Source: Mobula hypostoma (Eukaryota). From it: a stretch of DNA of 64,000 nt. Shown here one piece after another: positions 14,780-28,449 of the stretch (position 1 is the stretch's first letter; each line of letters opens with the position of its first letter). The notes under the pieces were generated by a model. The model searched no databases and was not told the origin of the DNA. It worked only from the letters and a program-made list of their open reading frames with translations. The stretch lies in NCBI RefSeq assembly GCF_963921235.1, contig NC_086097.1:108440001-108504000 (forward strand). Direction: 5' to 3'. The translations under genes and the position numbers were made by a program.

Positions 14780-15130
14780 AAAGTCTTCAAAGGCATTACT
14801 CCATATGTCTCCTTAGAAGAGAGACAATGTTCTCTATGTGACTGCTTTGAATCAGATTGGTCTATGTGCATAGCCTCAGCAGCCAGTCTAATGAGTATGT
14901 CACAACCATCAGTTAATGTGTTGCACAGTGTATACCAGTGAGGAAAAGGTGGGCATTCACAAACAGGAAACCATGGATGAACCAGAAGATCATCTTCCCT
15001 GCTGATGTCCAGGTCTGCATCTTTCAAATCAGATGACACTGACCTTCACAGAAAATTGAGATACCTCTTCCATAAAGCAATCAGAGGTGCTGAGGGACAA
15101 TTCCAGACCAAGTTAGCGAACAGTAGCTAG
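14780..15130 (+). mobile_element. Old Rex1/Babar-type LINE internal fragment
   Basis: Remnants DCFESDW and NRKPWMNQ. Confidence 0.55.
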
Positions 15131-16549
15131 TGCCAAATGTTATAGAGTTTAACGGCCTGTTCATGAACAGATAACTCAGAATACGTGAAGATTTCCTTGA
15201 ACTACATGGTAAATTAACATACCATGGAACCATTTATTTAATAAGGCATTAGTGTTCGCAATGGCATATGCATAGACAACATGAGTTGATGCAATGATGA
15301 TCCCAGTTTTAATCTACACTTTTTCTTGAATATGTTCTTGCAAATCCTTCAAGTGTCTGTTAATGTTAACATGGACTATGCTAGACCTTTACATCAGTTC
15401 TGTTTGGCCTTCTTTGTTCCATTTCTACAAATGCTTCATTAAAAAAATCTCTCAATTTTGGGTAATGAGAATTTCCATTGCCTCTACATCCAGTCCGTTG
15501 GCAGCAAAAGAACGTATTCTAGATTTTAACCTTTTTTTTGTGGGGAAAAGATTTCACTTTTGACTAGCTTGGCTTTAATTTTATATTTGTATGTATTATT
15601 ATTCAAGTATATTATTGAAAATTGTATGATTGGTGCTTTGTCCAAATTTTATTTCAAAATGCAACCATGTTGATAGTGTGTTTGTTTTGTGTTCCTGCAT
15701 TTCTTTTTTGGAAAAGGACTGCTCACTGAACATGTGCTCACATGGTGACCTTGTGTTTGGTTGTTTTTCTTTTAAAGTTCAAGTATAAAGAAATTTTTGT
15801 TTTGGGGTAAACTTGAGCATCACGTGACTTCAAATTTGACACCTGATTTAGGTGTATATATTTTTGAGCGTGTTCCCGTTACACTAATCCCAGTATATTC
15901 TCCTGTTCCCTTCAGCTTCGCTCCTGATTTCGTCACGAATCTACACACCAGACACCATTTACAAGACTATTTAACCAACCATCCCCTGTCTTTGTAATAT
16001 GGGAGGAAAGTAGATCTCTGAGGGAACCCTGTGTGCTCACAGAGAGAATGTGCAAACTCCACTCAGTCAGCACAAAGGCCTTAAAGGTCTGAGACAGCTG
16101 TGGCGCTATGTTGCCCAGAAACCTATGCCAAGATTTTCAGATGATTTATTTAGTTGCGACTGTTCCATAAAACATGGGATCTGGAATAGGTCTTTGAGCA
16201 TCAGAGCATGTCTGCCAATCATTCTTTACCTCTCTGAAGAATCTCAGCAATTCTGTTAGATCAATTTGTAGAATAAAACCCAGCCCAACCAAATTGTCGT
16301 CTTAATTTAACCCTGTTGGAGTAGGTATCATATTAGCATAAATATTTCACAGAATGGAAATGGACCAAAGTGCTTTAAATTAGATTTGGTCAGGTCTTTG
16401 TAGATTTAAAATAGCCTACACATACAGTATCTGCTCCAGAACACTTAATGCCATATAATTTAAACAAATCTACAAGATCACAGCAAGAACATCCATTGAG
16501 ACCATGTCTTCTCAAGATAATTGAGAAAACAATTTTTTCCTTTATCTTA

Positions 16550-16770
16550 TAATACAGCATGGAATAGTCCCTTTGAGCCACGCTGCCTAACAATCCTCCC
16601 ATTTTCACCCTAGCCTAATCACAGGACAACTTACAATGACCATTTAACTTACTAACTGGTATGTCTTTGGACTGTGGGAGGAAACCAGAGCACCTAGAGG
16701 AAACCCACGTGGTCACAGGGAGAACGTACAAACTACATATGGGCAGCAGCAGGAATTGAATCTCGGTTGC
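16550..16770 (-). mobile_element. HE1/V-SINE-like SINE; related copies near 13010-13240, 15940-16110, 22440-22640, 54775-55070
   Basis: gtctttggactgtgggaggaaaccagagcacc..gaaacccacg..gggagaacgtacaaact is the reverse complement of the SINE core at about 9020-9090. Confidence 0.7.
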
Positions 16771-18000
16771 TTCAGAAGATGCTCCAAATTATCATTTTAA
16801 ATCTCTCAAGGAATAGGGACTCTAGCAAAAGCACCATTTAATTTTCATCCTTTATCTTGGTAACTAAGAGGGCATTTTTGTGATCGTTACAGTGAAGGAA
16901 TAACAAAATATTTCCATCAGGGAAATGACAATGAAATCCACAGGTTTTCATCTTATTCCTGCTCTTGCCTTTTGATGTGGTGGAACTATTGCGTTTTATA
17001 GAAAGCACACAGTGGTGACGGTGACTTCATTAGAATGTTCAATAATTTGAATGATAATTAATAAAGTGCACAATTTTTCCATGGTAGGATGATACTGTAT
17101 TCAGTTTGATGCATTGTGAAGACGTTGAAGGTTCAGGAGGTGGTGTCTGAGTTCTCTTCTAAGGCAGTCCCTCTGGATTGGGGTTAACTTGCTTATACTT
17201 TAGTTGTGTAGGTTTTCAGATGGCTAATGAGGCCAGTGTGGTAACCTGAGACTCTTCCACAAATGAAATATAGTGAGCAAATGTTTGTCATATGGGTTGG
17301 TTATCAACTAAGAGGGTGTGTTATCCTCTTAGCTAAGTATTTTTGAATTCAAGATTCAAGATTTTTTAATGTCATTTCCAGTACACAAATGTAAAGGAAA
17401 GTGAAATAATTGTTAAGCTGGATCTGATGAAGCACATAAGAGCACACTAAGATAAAGAACACAATAATAAATATAAATACATAAGAGAACTTACATATAT
17501 AGACTGATAATATGTACATAAAGTGACACTAGGCATACGAGTGTCTGTATGCACAGAAGGTGATACTGATAGGAAATTATAAAGTAATGATGGTGGGGTG
17601 AGTTAGTGGGCGGAGTGTCAGTCAGCCTGTTTCTGAAGCTGGTGGTCCTCCCATGGATGCTATGGAAGTGGGACAAACAGTCTGCTCGCAGGGAGAATGG
17701 GATCCTTCATGTTATTGCTGGCAGTTTTATGTATATACAGTATGCCCTTGATTGTGGATAGGCTGGTGCTGGTAATGCGTTAGGAAGTTTTGACTACCCA
17801 TCTGCCTTCCTATCCGCCTCAGTGCGGTTTCTGTACCATGCAGTGTTGCAGCATGTTCGGATTCTCCAGTGTGCATCTGTAGAACGTCGTAATGAAGCAC
17901 AGAGTCCAGCTGTCCTCAACTCCTCAGAAAGTAGAGGCACTGGTAAGCTTTCCCATTTGTGTAGAATGTGTTCTGGGTCCAAGAAAGATTGTGCAAAATA

Positions 18001-18125
18001 CAATCAGTTGGCCCAAAACGTTGACTGTACTTTTTCCACGGATGCTGCCTGGCCTGCTAAGTTCCTCCAGCATTTTGTGTATGTGTTGCTTGGAATTCCG
18101 GCATCTGCAAATTTTCTGTTGTTTG
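18001..18125 (+). mobile_element. Short Penelope terminal-repeat insertion, truncated inside the hammerhead motif
   Basis: ggcccaaaacgttgactgtac..gatgctgcctggcctgct..gcatctgca. 16-bp TSD with one mismatch, aagat(t/a)gtgcaaaata, at 17985-18000 and 18126-18141. Confidence 0.8.
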
Positions 18126-18217
18126 AAGATAGTGCAAAATATGCACTCTCGGGAATTTGAAACTGCTCGCAGTCTCCACTGCTGTGCTACCGAAGTAAAG
18201 AGGGGTGTGAGTTCCCC

Positions 18218-18690
18218 ATAAGACACAGGAGCAGAATTAGGCCATGTGGCCCACTGAGTCTACTCCACTATTCCATCTTGGTTGATTTATTATCCCTCTC
18301 AACCCCATTCTCCTGCCTTCTCCCTGTAACCTTTGACACCTTGACTAATCAAGAAGCTGTCAACCTCTGCTTTAAATATACTCAATGACTTAGCCTCCTC
18401 AGCCTTCTGTGGCAATGAATTCCACATATTCACCACTCTCTGGCGAAAGAAATTCCTTCTCCTCTCTGGTTCTAGACTCACCCACTATAGGAAACTCTCC
18501 ACATCCATTCTATCTAGGCCTTTCAATATTTGATAGGTTTCAATGCGATTCCCCCTCAATCTTCAACATTCAAATGAGTACAGGCCCAGAGCCATCAAAC
18601 GCTCCTCACATGCTAATCTTTTCACTCCCTGGAATCATTCTCATGAACCTCCTCTGGACTCTTTCCAATACCAGCATCTCTTTTTCATAG
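18218..18690 (-). mobile_element. CR1 LINE 3' fragment
   Basis: RRNFFRQRVVNMWNSLP; tail cataagacacaggagcagaa. Confidence 0.85.
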
Positions 18691-20096
18691 ATAAGGTGCC
18701 CATAGCTATCTCCTTTGTCTTGTTGACATTGAGGAAAAGCACCAGGTCTCGAGCTCTTCCAGCTCCGCTCTGTCTGATCATTGTAGTGTCACCAGAAAAC
18801 TTGACAGTGTGATTACTCAGGTATTTGTGCAGTCGTGTGTGAGCAGAGTAGTGGGACAGACTACAGCAATGTTGTTGGAGTTCGCTTAATCAGGCAAATG
18901 AAGATTATTTAACACACCCCCTAACATGCCTTGTAGATGGTGAAAGCCATTGGATGTCAGAACATTCAAAATTCAAAATAAATTTATTATTGAAGTGCGT
19001 ATATGTCACCATATTATTTCCGAGATACCTTAAAAAGGTAGCGTCCAACATTAAGGACCCATGTCATGCCTTGTTCTCATTGCTACCATCAGGAGGTGGT
19101 ACAGGAGCCTGAAGGCGCACACTCAATGATTCAGGAACAGCTTTTTCTCTTCTGCCATCCAATTTCTGAATGAACATTGAACCCATGAACACTACCTCAC
19201 TTTTTTTTTTCCATTTTTGCACTACTTATTTAAACCAATTATTTTAAATATATATCAAGTGCCAGTTTCTGATGCTGATTCATTTTCTTGCAGATATTCA
19301 CAGTAGAACAAAGAAATACAATAGAATCAATGAAAAACTACACATAAAGACTGACAAACAACTGGTGTGCAAAAGAAGACAAACAGCAAATATTTTTAAA
19401 AGGTAGATAAATACATACATACAGGCTGAGAACATGAGTTGTGGAGTCCTTGAAAATGAGTTCATAGGTTGTGGAATCAGTTCAGTGTTGAGCTGACTGA
19501 AGTTATCCATGCTGGGTCATGAGCCTGGTGGTGGTTGTTGAAGGGATGAGAGTCATTTGTCCCAGGATATTAGAGTGATAGAATTATAGAACAGTGCAGT
19601 ATAAAAGCAGGCTCTTCAGCCCATCTAGTCCATGCTGAGCAATTAATCTGCCTAGTTCCATCAACCTGCACCTGGACCAAAAGCTTCTACACCTTTCCCA
19701 TCCATGTACCTGTCAAAATTTCTCCTAAATATTCAAATTGAACCCTCATCCTCTGCTTCTGCTGGCAGCTTGTTGCACGTTCTCACTTCTCTGTCAATTC
19801 CCCTTAAACATCTCACCTTTCAACTTTAACCCATGACCTCTGGTTGTAGTCTCATTCAACCTTAGTGGAAAAAGCCCTCCTTGCATTTACTCTATTTCTA
19901 CCCCTCATCATTTTATATACTCTATCAAATCTCCCGTCATTCTCCTACACTGTAGGGAATAGAGGCCTAACCTACTTGACCTTTCCCTATAACTCAGGCC
20001 CTCAAGCCCTAGCAACATCCTTGTAAATTTTCTCTGCACTCTTTCAGTCTTATTGGTGGCTTTCCTGTAGGCAGGTGACCAGAACTGCACACAATG

Positions 20097-20746
20097 CGGT
20101 GGATTCTGGTTAACTGGGACACATCAGGACCAGTATGTTTTGACCCAATTAAGCAGCTGCCCTAATTAGCCAAAGTTTCATGGAAAAATTAAAAGGTTTA
20201 ACAAACTACTGTTTAACTAACAAATTATGTATTTAAATGCAATACAGAATAAATTAGAACATTGTCAACACTACCACAGTACTATAAAACTATGTATTAA
20301 ATCCTAACAGTTTAACAACGAAGGGTATTCATTTTACATTGCTGTGTTCTTTTGAATGACTGTAAATGAACAAAATCAGTGCAGACATCTAGTGCAGATA
20401 ATGGACTACCTTCATTTTCTTCCTGCATAAAGTCAAAATATTATATAAAATTATCAAAAATCACTGCCTCTTGAATCAGCTTCCATTAGCCCAAATGGAT
20501 AATATAACACAAGCGTACTATTTCAAAACTGTTGTTTTGTTGCTTCTAATGGCCGCACAAATGCACATAACTGACACTAGTTAGAAACTGTTTGGCAACA
20601 GGTCCTATCCCAGTTAAGCGGCATAGTGCCCCATTTAAGCAAAAGGAATCCCAGCTATTTTCTTTATTACTTTTTGTTCATTAAGAGTTGTCGCAAATAA
20701 GTAGCTGCCTTGATTAACCAATGACCCAATTAACCAGAATTCACTG
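20097..20746. mobile_element. Tigger/Tc1-mariner-type non-autonomous DNA transposon
   Basis: TIRs c(g)gtggattctggttaactggg / cccaattaaccagaattcactg at a TA site (left TA mutated to TG). Same family as 51582-52393. Confidence 0.85.
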
Positions 20747-21350
20747 TACTCCAAATTAGGCCTCACCAACATCTTGTGCAACTTCAACATAACATCACAA
20801 CTCCTGTACTCAGTACTTTGATTTATGAAGACCAATGTGCCTAAAGCTCTCCTTAATACCCTATCTACCTGTGACCCCACTGTCAAGGAATTATGTGTCT
20901 GTATTCCCTGATCCCTCTGTTCTACCACGCTCCTCAGTGCCTTAATGCTCACCATGCCAGACCTGCCCTGGTTTGCCCTCCTAAAGAGCAAAACCTCACA
21001 ATTGTATGCATTAAATTCCATCTACCATTTTTTCAGCTAGTCCAGATCCTACTGCCAGATTGTTGGTATAGATGACAAATGGACCCAGCACTGATCCCTG
21101 TGCACTCTACTTGTCACAGGCCTCCAGTCAGAGAGGCAACCATCTACTACCACTCTCTGGCTTCTACTGCCAAGCCAATATCTAATTCCATTTACTAACT
21201 CATTTTGAATGCCAAGCTACTGAATTTTCTTGACCAATCACCCATGCAGGACCTTGTCAAATGCCTTGCGAAAGTCTGTGTAGACAACATCCACTGCCTT
21301 GCCTTCATCAGTTTTTCTGGTAACTTCATTTAGAAACTCCATAACATTGG

Positions 21351-21440
21351 TTAGACACGATTTATTATGCACAAACTCATGTTGACTATCCCTAATTAGA
21401 CACGATTTATTATGCACAAACTCATGTTGACTATCCCTAA
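21351..21440. repeat. Perfect 45-bp tandem duplication inside the CR1 RT
   Basis: ttagacacgatttattatgcacaaactcatgttgactatccctaa x2. Confidence 0.95.
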
Positions 21441-22887
21441 TCATTCTCTGTCTGTCCAAATACTTGTACTGTCTATCTGGTCCCTTTGAGTATCTTACTG
21501 TAACTTTCTCACTATTGATGTCTGGCTCACCAGCCTATCATTGCCCATCTTATTTTTAGGGCCTTTCTTAAACAACAGAACAGCATTGTAATCCTCTAGT
21601 CCTCTCACACCTCTCCTGTAGTTAAGGATGTTTTAAATACCTGTGCTAGGGCCCTTGCAATTTCCATACTAGCTTCCCACAAGGTCTGAGGGAACATCTT
21701 GTTGTCAGGCCCTGGGAATTTATTCACCCTAATTTGCCACAAGACAGCATACACTTTCTCCTCTGTAATCTATATATGGTCCATAACCACACTACCGTTC
21801 TGCCTCACTTCAATGGACTCTGTGTCCATCACCTGAGTAAATACAGATGCAAAGAATCCATTTCAGAAATCCCCCATCTCTTTCCACTCCATGCAGCGAT
21901 AAGCACTCTGATTTTTAAGAAGACCAATTTTGACCCTTGCTAGTCTTTTGCTCTTAATATATCTGAAGAAGCCCTTTGGATTCTCTTTTACCTTGTCCAC
22001 TAGAACAACCTCATGCCTGATTTCCTTCTTAAGTGCTCCCTTACTTGTCAAGTACTTTGTTTGCTTCTTCCTGCCTATACCTGCAATGCGCCGCCGCCTT
22101 CTTAACCAGAGCCTCAATATCTCTTGAAAACCAAGGTTCTCTAAATCTGTTAGCTTTGACTTGGATGTTGCAGCTACAAGATTGACGAGGCTAGTTCAGT
22201 TGTGTTTCCAGTCAGTGGTGACTGCTGGATGCCTGTGGTGGGTCTTTGATAATGTTGTCCAATATCAAGGATTGGCTTTTTTGTTGGAGCTGGTCGTTGC
22301 TTGGCATTTCTGTAGCGCAAGTGCAGTTTTCCAGTTATCATTAGTTGATCATGCAGCCAGACAGCAAATAGGGAAGTTCTTTGATCCAGCAAGGGTGGCC
22401 ATCAAGCACCCATTTATATTTGTCCACTCTTTACTATCCTCCCCATGTTCGCATCAACTACCCTCGGATTTCACCTCTTACTTATATCCTAGGGCTAATT
22501 TACAGTTGCCATTTAACTAACTAATGTGTAGTTCTTCGGCAAGTGGGAGGAAACCCATATAGCCACATGCAAACTCCACATGGCACTGAAGGTCAGGATT
22601 GTACCAGATGGGTTACCAATGATGTGAGGCAGCTCCGTGACTACCCACTTGCACCATGTCCAGGTATGCTGCGTGCAGGAATGCATTGCCTAATTTTTTG
22701 GCAAATTGCAGATTGAACTGTACATTGTTCAGATATCAGCATATCCCCCTTTTCTGACATAATGGAAGAAAGGTCATTGATAAGTAGTTGAAGATGGGAA
22801 CATTGCTCTGGAAACTCCTGCAGTGATACTGTGTGGTTGAGAAGACTGACCTCCAGCAGACAGAAATATCTGACTTTGTGTGAGGTG

Positions 22888-23335
22888 TAGGGTTGCCAAC
22901 TGTCCCTTATTAGCCGGGACATCCCATATATTGGGCTAAATTGGTTTGTCCCATACGGGACCACCCTTGTCCCATATTTCCCCCACTAAGGTAGAGCGTT
23001 CCTATGAAACCATTCATAAGCCAAAATGGCATGAAGCAAAGAAGCAATTACCATTAATTTATATGGGGAAAATTTTTGAACGTTCCCAGACCCAAAAAAT
23101 ACCCTACCAAATCATACCAAATAACACATAAAACCTAAAATAACACTAACATATATTAAAAGCAGAATCGGGAAGATTAAGCCAAAACTGACTTGTAGGA
23201 AAAAAATCGGCACGTACACGCATGCACACACTGTTGCTTGCGCAAGTATTCATGGTCATGGTAGTCTTTCTCGGGGTATACACAAGTGACTGCTACTTTG
23301 TCCCTTATTTGGGAGTGAGAAAGTTGGCAACCCTA
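22888..23335. mobile_element. hAT (Blackjack-like) MITE carrying a Tigger-end fragment
   Basis: TIRs tagggttgccaact / agttggcaacccta. Perfect 8-bp TSD gtgaggtg at 22880-22887 and 23336-23343. Confidence 0.92.
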
Positions 23336-24293
23336 GTGAGGTGTGACTCCAATCACAGGGCTCCCTCCACCCCCCCCCCCCCGAATTGATTCCCGTTATC
23401 CATTTCACCAGGCCTGTTGGATATCACGTTCATTCAGTTGCAGCCTCACTGTCAAAGACTGCCTTCCTCGCCTGATACATAGAATTCAGCTCCTTGGTAC
23501 TTATCTGAAGCAAGGCTCTGAAGTCTGAATCTAAGGGAGCACATTGTGTTTTGGCAGCAGGCCTCAACAGTTTATTGATACGAACTTGGACTGAAGAGCT
23601 GTATTTGAGAGATGAGGTAAGAGTGACAGCCATTGAGGCTACGTTAGTGAGTGAGGTATCTAAGTGCTGCTTTATGCCACGTAGCACAGAAACTCATTCA
23701 TGTTGACCAGCTTGCATACTGAGCTTATCCCACTCGCCTGTATCACTCCAAATCTTTCCTGTCCATGAACCTGTCCAAATATCTTTTTAATGTTGCAATT
23801 GTATCTGCCTCTACCAGTTCCTCTGACAGCTCTTTCCATATACTCTACCATGTGGAAAATCTTGCCCTCTTGTCTCGTTTTAATCTTCCCCCTCTCACCT
23901 TACACTTACCTTACACCAGTGGCCTTCTGTATTGGATTCCTCTTTCGTGAGGTGCCTTTCCACCTTATATATTCTGCTTGTGATTCTATAAACCTGTCGG
24001 GTCACCCCTCAGCCACCCTTGCTCCAGAGAAAGAAGTACCAACTTATCTACTCTCTCCTTAAATCTCGAGCCCTCCATAATCCAACAACATTCTTGTGAA
24101 TATTTTTCTGCATTCCTCCCAGTTTAATAATATTCTTAGTACAGTTAGGCACACAGAACGGCACACAATATGGTGTTGCCAGTGTATTGTACGGCTGTAA
24201 TATGGTGTCCCAGCTGTGAAACTCAGTGCCATTTCTGATGGAGCGTGAAGCCAGCCTGTCAAACTGTATCAGCACTTTTGGGGTACTATATGC

Positions 24294-25051
24294 CAGGGGT
24301 TCCCAACCTTTTTTGCACTGCGGACCAGTTTAATATTGACAATATTCTTGCCGACCGGGGGGGGGGGGGGGGCGGGGTGGATGTTCAAGTAGGGTTAAAC
24401 TCACCTCAACATGTCTTTTACAGTTAGGGTTGCCAACTTTCTCACTCCCAAATAAGGGACAAAAGTAGCAGTCACATCCTGGGACACTTTACCCCTGGAA
24501 AGACCACCATGACCATAAAGCCTTGCACGGGCAACAGTGTGCGATTCCCCCCGCGCCCCCCCCCCCCACAAATCAGTCTTGCCTTCATCTTCTGGACTAT
24601 ACTGTACATACAGTACATTATTTCTACTTTATATAGACTGTGTATTTTTCATATCATTCCTGCTTTTACTGTATGTTAGTGTTATTTATTTTCGGTTTTA
24701 TGTGTTATTTGGTATGATATGTTAGGTTATTTTTTGGGTCTGGGAATGCTCAAAATTTTTTCCCATATAAATTAATGGTAATTGCTTCTTGGCTTCACAC
24801 CATTTCAGCACGAAGGGTTTCACAGGAATGCTGTACATTAGCGGGGGAAATAGGGGACAAGGGTGGTCCCGTATGGGACAAACCAATTTAGTCCAATATA
24901 CGGGATGTCCCAGCTAATATGGGACAGTTGGCAACCCTATGTTCAAGTTCAACAGTGGGTGACAGGGAATGAGGAAAGGTGTAGCTGACTGATAATCGTT
25001 TCCTCATGCCCGGTTGTACATGCTCTGCGGCCCGGTGGCTGGGAACTGCTG
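24294..25051 (-). mobile_element. hAT (Charlie-like) non-autonomous element inserted in an old CR1; contains a Blackjack-like MITE
   Basis: Ends caggggttcccaacc / ggctgggaactgctg. TSD ctatatgc/ctacatgc (7/8). Both ends match the 35590-41134 element in reverse. Confidence 0.88.
24390..24939. mobile_element. Blackjack-like hAT MITE, inverted relative to 22888-23335
   Basis: 8-bp TSD tgttcaag at 24382-24389 and 24940-24947. Full TIR at 24425, preceded by a partial tagggtt at 24390. Right TIR gttggcaacccta. Confidence 0.85.
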
Positions 25052-27219
25052 CTACATGCCAATCATTATGTCTTTCTTCCTGCTGTAGCTTCTCAAAGTG
25101 CATCACTTCACACTTCTCTGAATTCAATGTTCCAAACTTGCCAGAAAAAGAAAACGTAAGTAAAGCTGATAATCGGGAGCGGTTTAGAATCAACCAAGGA
25201 TAAACAATAAATCAATAAAGAAAGGGAAAGTGAATATACGAGCAAAAAACCATTATAAAAAGCAAGCTGCAAGAACTTCTGTAGGAGCCGTTGGGTATCC
25301 CCTCCAGACAGGGAAGGAATGGAAAATGCAGAAAGGCCATGGGAAATAAAGAATTTCACAGAGCAAGGCACAAAAGCAATAGAAATAGAAATACTCAATT
25401 CCAGTAAAAATGAGGAAATATAAGAAAGAAATACGAGCAAAGAAAATGTAAAGTTAATGAGTTACAGGACATGCTGATCTGCATTCTAGAGTTTTGAAAC
25501 AGCATCCACATACCTATGGGCATGGTGATTATCGCTGCTAAAAATCTATAGATTCTGACATGTTTGTCTTAGACTGTAAATAGTTTGAGAAAGCAGGAAG
25601 AAGAAAAACGCAGAACTGCTGACCTGTTCAGTTGTTTATAAAGTGCTGCACGCTATGACAAAGGATATGACATCAAGCCAGTTAGAAAATAAAAGACTGA
25701 ATAGAGTCAACACAGATTTATGAAAGGGAAATCATGGTTCTCCTACCTGGGCAAACTGCCATTCTAAAAGCAGAATAGATAAAACCAACAATTATGCTGC
25801 AGGCATACAACAAGACCCCCTTGAAACCACCCGACAGGCATGTTCTGAAAGCGAGGCCATGGGAATATTCAGGGTTCAAGTTTATTTATCACGTGTACAT
25901 CAAAACATACAGTGAAATACAGCCTTTGTGTTAACAACCAACACACCCAAGGATGTGTTGGGGGCAGCCTGCAAGTGTTACTACGTTTCAGCATCAACGT
26001 GACATGCCCACGGTGTTTGGCTGATCTGTGCGGAACTGAAGAAGCAACAAAACAACAGCAAAAGCAAGCCCTATTCCTCCCTCTCACCCACTCACATATA
26101 CAGTCCTCTAACCCCAAGATATTCTGCATTCTTTGGCCTCCAGCCTCCACCTGACAAAGGTTTGGACTCGGATATGCAGACGTCAGGCCTTCGACTACCC
26201 TAGCAGACTCGCAAAGATTTGCAGACCTGGGGCTCTAGCCCATAGCCCTGACTTGCGAATCGACCCTCGGGCCTCAGTCCTTGGCATCAACCACAGGACT
26301 TGCTGATCACTGAACATTAGGTCTTAAACTCTGGTCTCACCGATTCACAAACCCTGAGGGCCATGGGACCTTGTTCCTCCTGCTCGCACAGAACTCCAAC
26401 TTTGGAACTTGTCGACAATTTGCTAATCCTAGGGAGCTACCAGGCTACGTCCATGCTGGTGCGTCCACCAAACATAATAGAGAGGTCTGTTATAGATTTC
26501 ATTGGAGCATACCTGGCAAATGTCATACTTGTTCCACTAACTATACAATACTGCAGATGGCGCACTAGTTATATTTTCAGGACATTAACTTAGGCTTGAG
26601 CTAAACAATCCTAAGAAATTAGTATAGACCCCACCATGGCAGTTGTGGAGGTTAAATTCAGCTAACAGGAATGTAAGAAATAGGATTAGGTCTCCTGTTG
26701 TATCTCAGATATATGTAGTATTTATTCCCTCAGTCTGGGCTCCTAGATCCAGCAAAAAATATGATTTCAGATCAGTTTTTTCAGATTTATAAAACTGCCA
26801 TTGTCTGCTAACAATCTTATCTCCAATAATTATTCTCTTTGCCCCTGGTTGAAAGTAAAGAACAGGTAGTATTCACCAATTTCATTTCAAGGCATTTCAC
26901 TGAGATCTTGTTGTTTCTCTCCATGTTTTGTGGTGCATCAGGAGGCAACCTTTGCCATTTCCTTATCATTTGTCTGTTTTTCATGGGGGTGAATTGCTAG
27001 CTCAACGTTCAACCCAGCACAAATGGAAAGCGTGCAAAGAGCCGGCTGGATTCCACCACTCAGCTCAAAGTCCGGTGTTGATGCCACTACACCACCGGCC
27101 AGCTTGTAGAGAACTTAATACATTTGAAGTGCAGAACAATTCTTCTTTCTGTACTTCTGACCAGTAAAATATAAGATCTTTGAAAAAGGATTTAGTGTTT
27201 TTCCAGTGTATATGATGCA

Positions 27220-27890
27220 TAAACTTTTCTCAGACTTCCAGCTGAGTCCAGGTATCAATTTTAACCGCAAACACGAGGAAATCTGCAGATGCTGGAAATT
27301 CAAGCAACACACACCAAATGCTGGTGGAACGCAGAAGGCCAGGCAGCATCTATAGGAAGAGGTACAGTTGACGTTTCGGGGTCTTGGCCCAAAACGTCGA
27401 TGGTACCTCTTCCTATAGATGCTGCCTGGCCTGCTGCGTTCACCAGCATTTTGTGTGTGTTGCATCAATTTTAACCGATGTTTTGATAACAAACTTTGCC
27501 ATCTTCATCAGGGATGATGCCTAGGCCTGTCTGGCCCAGTGGTATTTATACCCCTGTCGTCCATCCCTCCTGATTGGTGAGTCTTCAACCAATCAGGTTT
27601 TCCGCTGTCCCACCTTGTTCAAAATCATATTCCAGTTCTTAGTTAGACTGAGACCTTTGTCCTTCTTGAAATTCTTATTCTCTAGTCTTATTTCAATGGC
27701 TTCCTTCAGCAGGTGGTCTCAAAAATCTTGGCACAACACAGTCATTTTGTGCCTTTGAGGTCAATCCTGTGGTCATACTGTATGCATTGTTCTGCTACTG
27801 TCGATTTCTCGGGTGACCCAAACGGATGCACATCCAATGCTCCTTGATGCGGGTTTCCACAGTGCGCCCCATCTGGCCGATATACAAAAT
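27220..27890 (-). mobile_element. Second Penelope family (Penelope/Poseidon-like): GIY-YIG C-terminal remnant plus terminal repeat with a decayed hammerhead
   Basis: Minus-strand remnants YIGQMGRTVETRIKEH, CIRLGHPEKSTVAEQC, KEAIEI. Motif ccCTGATGAagatggcaaagtttgttatcAAAACATCgg at about 27473-27515. Confidence 0.75.
27268..27463. mobile_element. Fold-back (head-to-head) Penelope terminal-repeat mini-insertion
   Basis: Arms of about 75 bp inverted around a hammerhead stem II. Perfect 14-bp TSD atcaattttaaccg at 27254-27267 and 27464-27477. Confidence 0.92.
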
Positions 27891-28449
27891 AAGACTAGAG
27901 TATAAGATCTTTTCCTGAAGCTTCTCTGGGTTATGCAACAGAGGCAGATCATTATAGAATGTAAGTTCTTAGCTGCCTCACTGAAACATGTAACTTGCCT
28001 AGAAATCCAATGTACTGGTCCATCGTGTGTTCCCTTAATCAAATCGCACATCTCTGTGAACATCCACATGTTATCCTACTTGCCGTTGGGATCGGGCTAC
28101 GGAGTTTAGCTTTTGTATATTTGTCAAGCAGAACTTTTGACACCATGTGTCAGTATCTTTCCTCATTCACTCACAAAAACTACTGGAGCTTAAACAAGTT
28201 ATTTGAACTAACAATGAAAGGGCAGCATTTATTTGATTTTAAGCAAATTTTAAATAAATTGAAAGCTCAGGTTAAATGTGTTATGCAATTTTAGTACAGG
28301 ATGTATTCATTGAGTTGGGAGTGGCTAATAATTATGACAGGAAATAGAGCTGTATATCAAAGGTTCATATCCCAATGAGTCGATAGCATTAACAGCAAAT
28401 AAAAGGATAAGCATTGTAGAAAGCAGCATTACTCTCCTATCACATACTT

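Larger units (their letters stand above)
19585..22160 (-). mobile_element. Decayed CR1 LINE ORF2 fragment, interrupted by a MITE
   Basis: KENPKGFFRYIKSKR, VDVVYTDFRKAFDKV, LVRPNLEY, RVQRKFTRML. Confidence 0.9.

Noticed and set aside
14720..14830. Acceptor-like tttttcag suggesting a host exon
   Set aside because: No OXR1-like peptide follows, and it runs into a LINE remnant
21238..21459. In-frame 15-aa repeat in a CR1 RT
   Set aside because: Local tandem duplication in a dead copy; no sign of function
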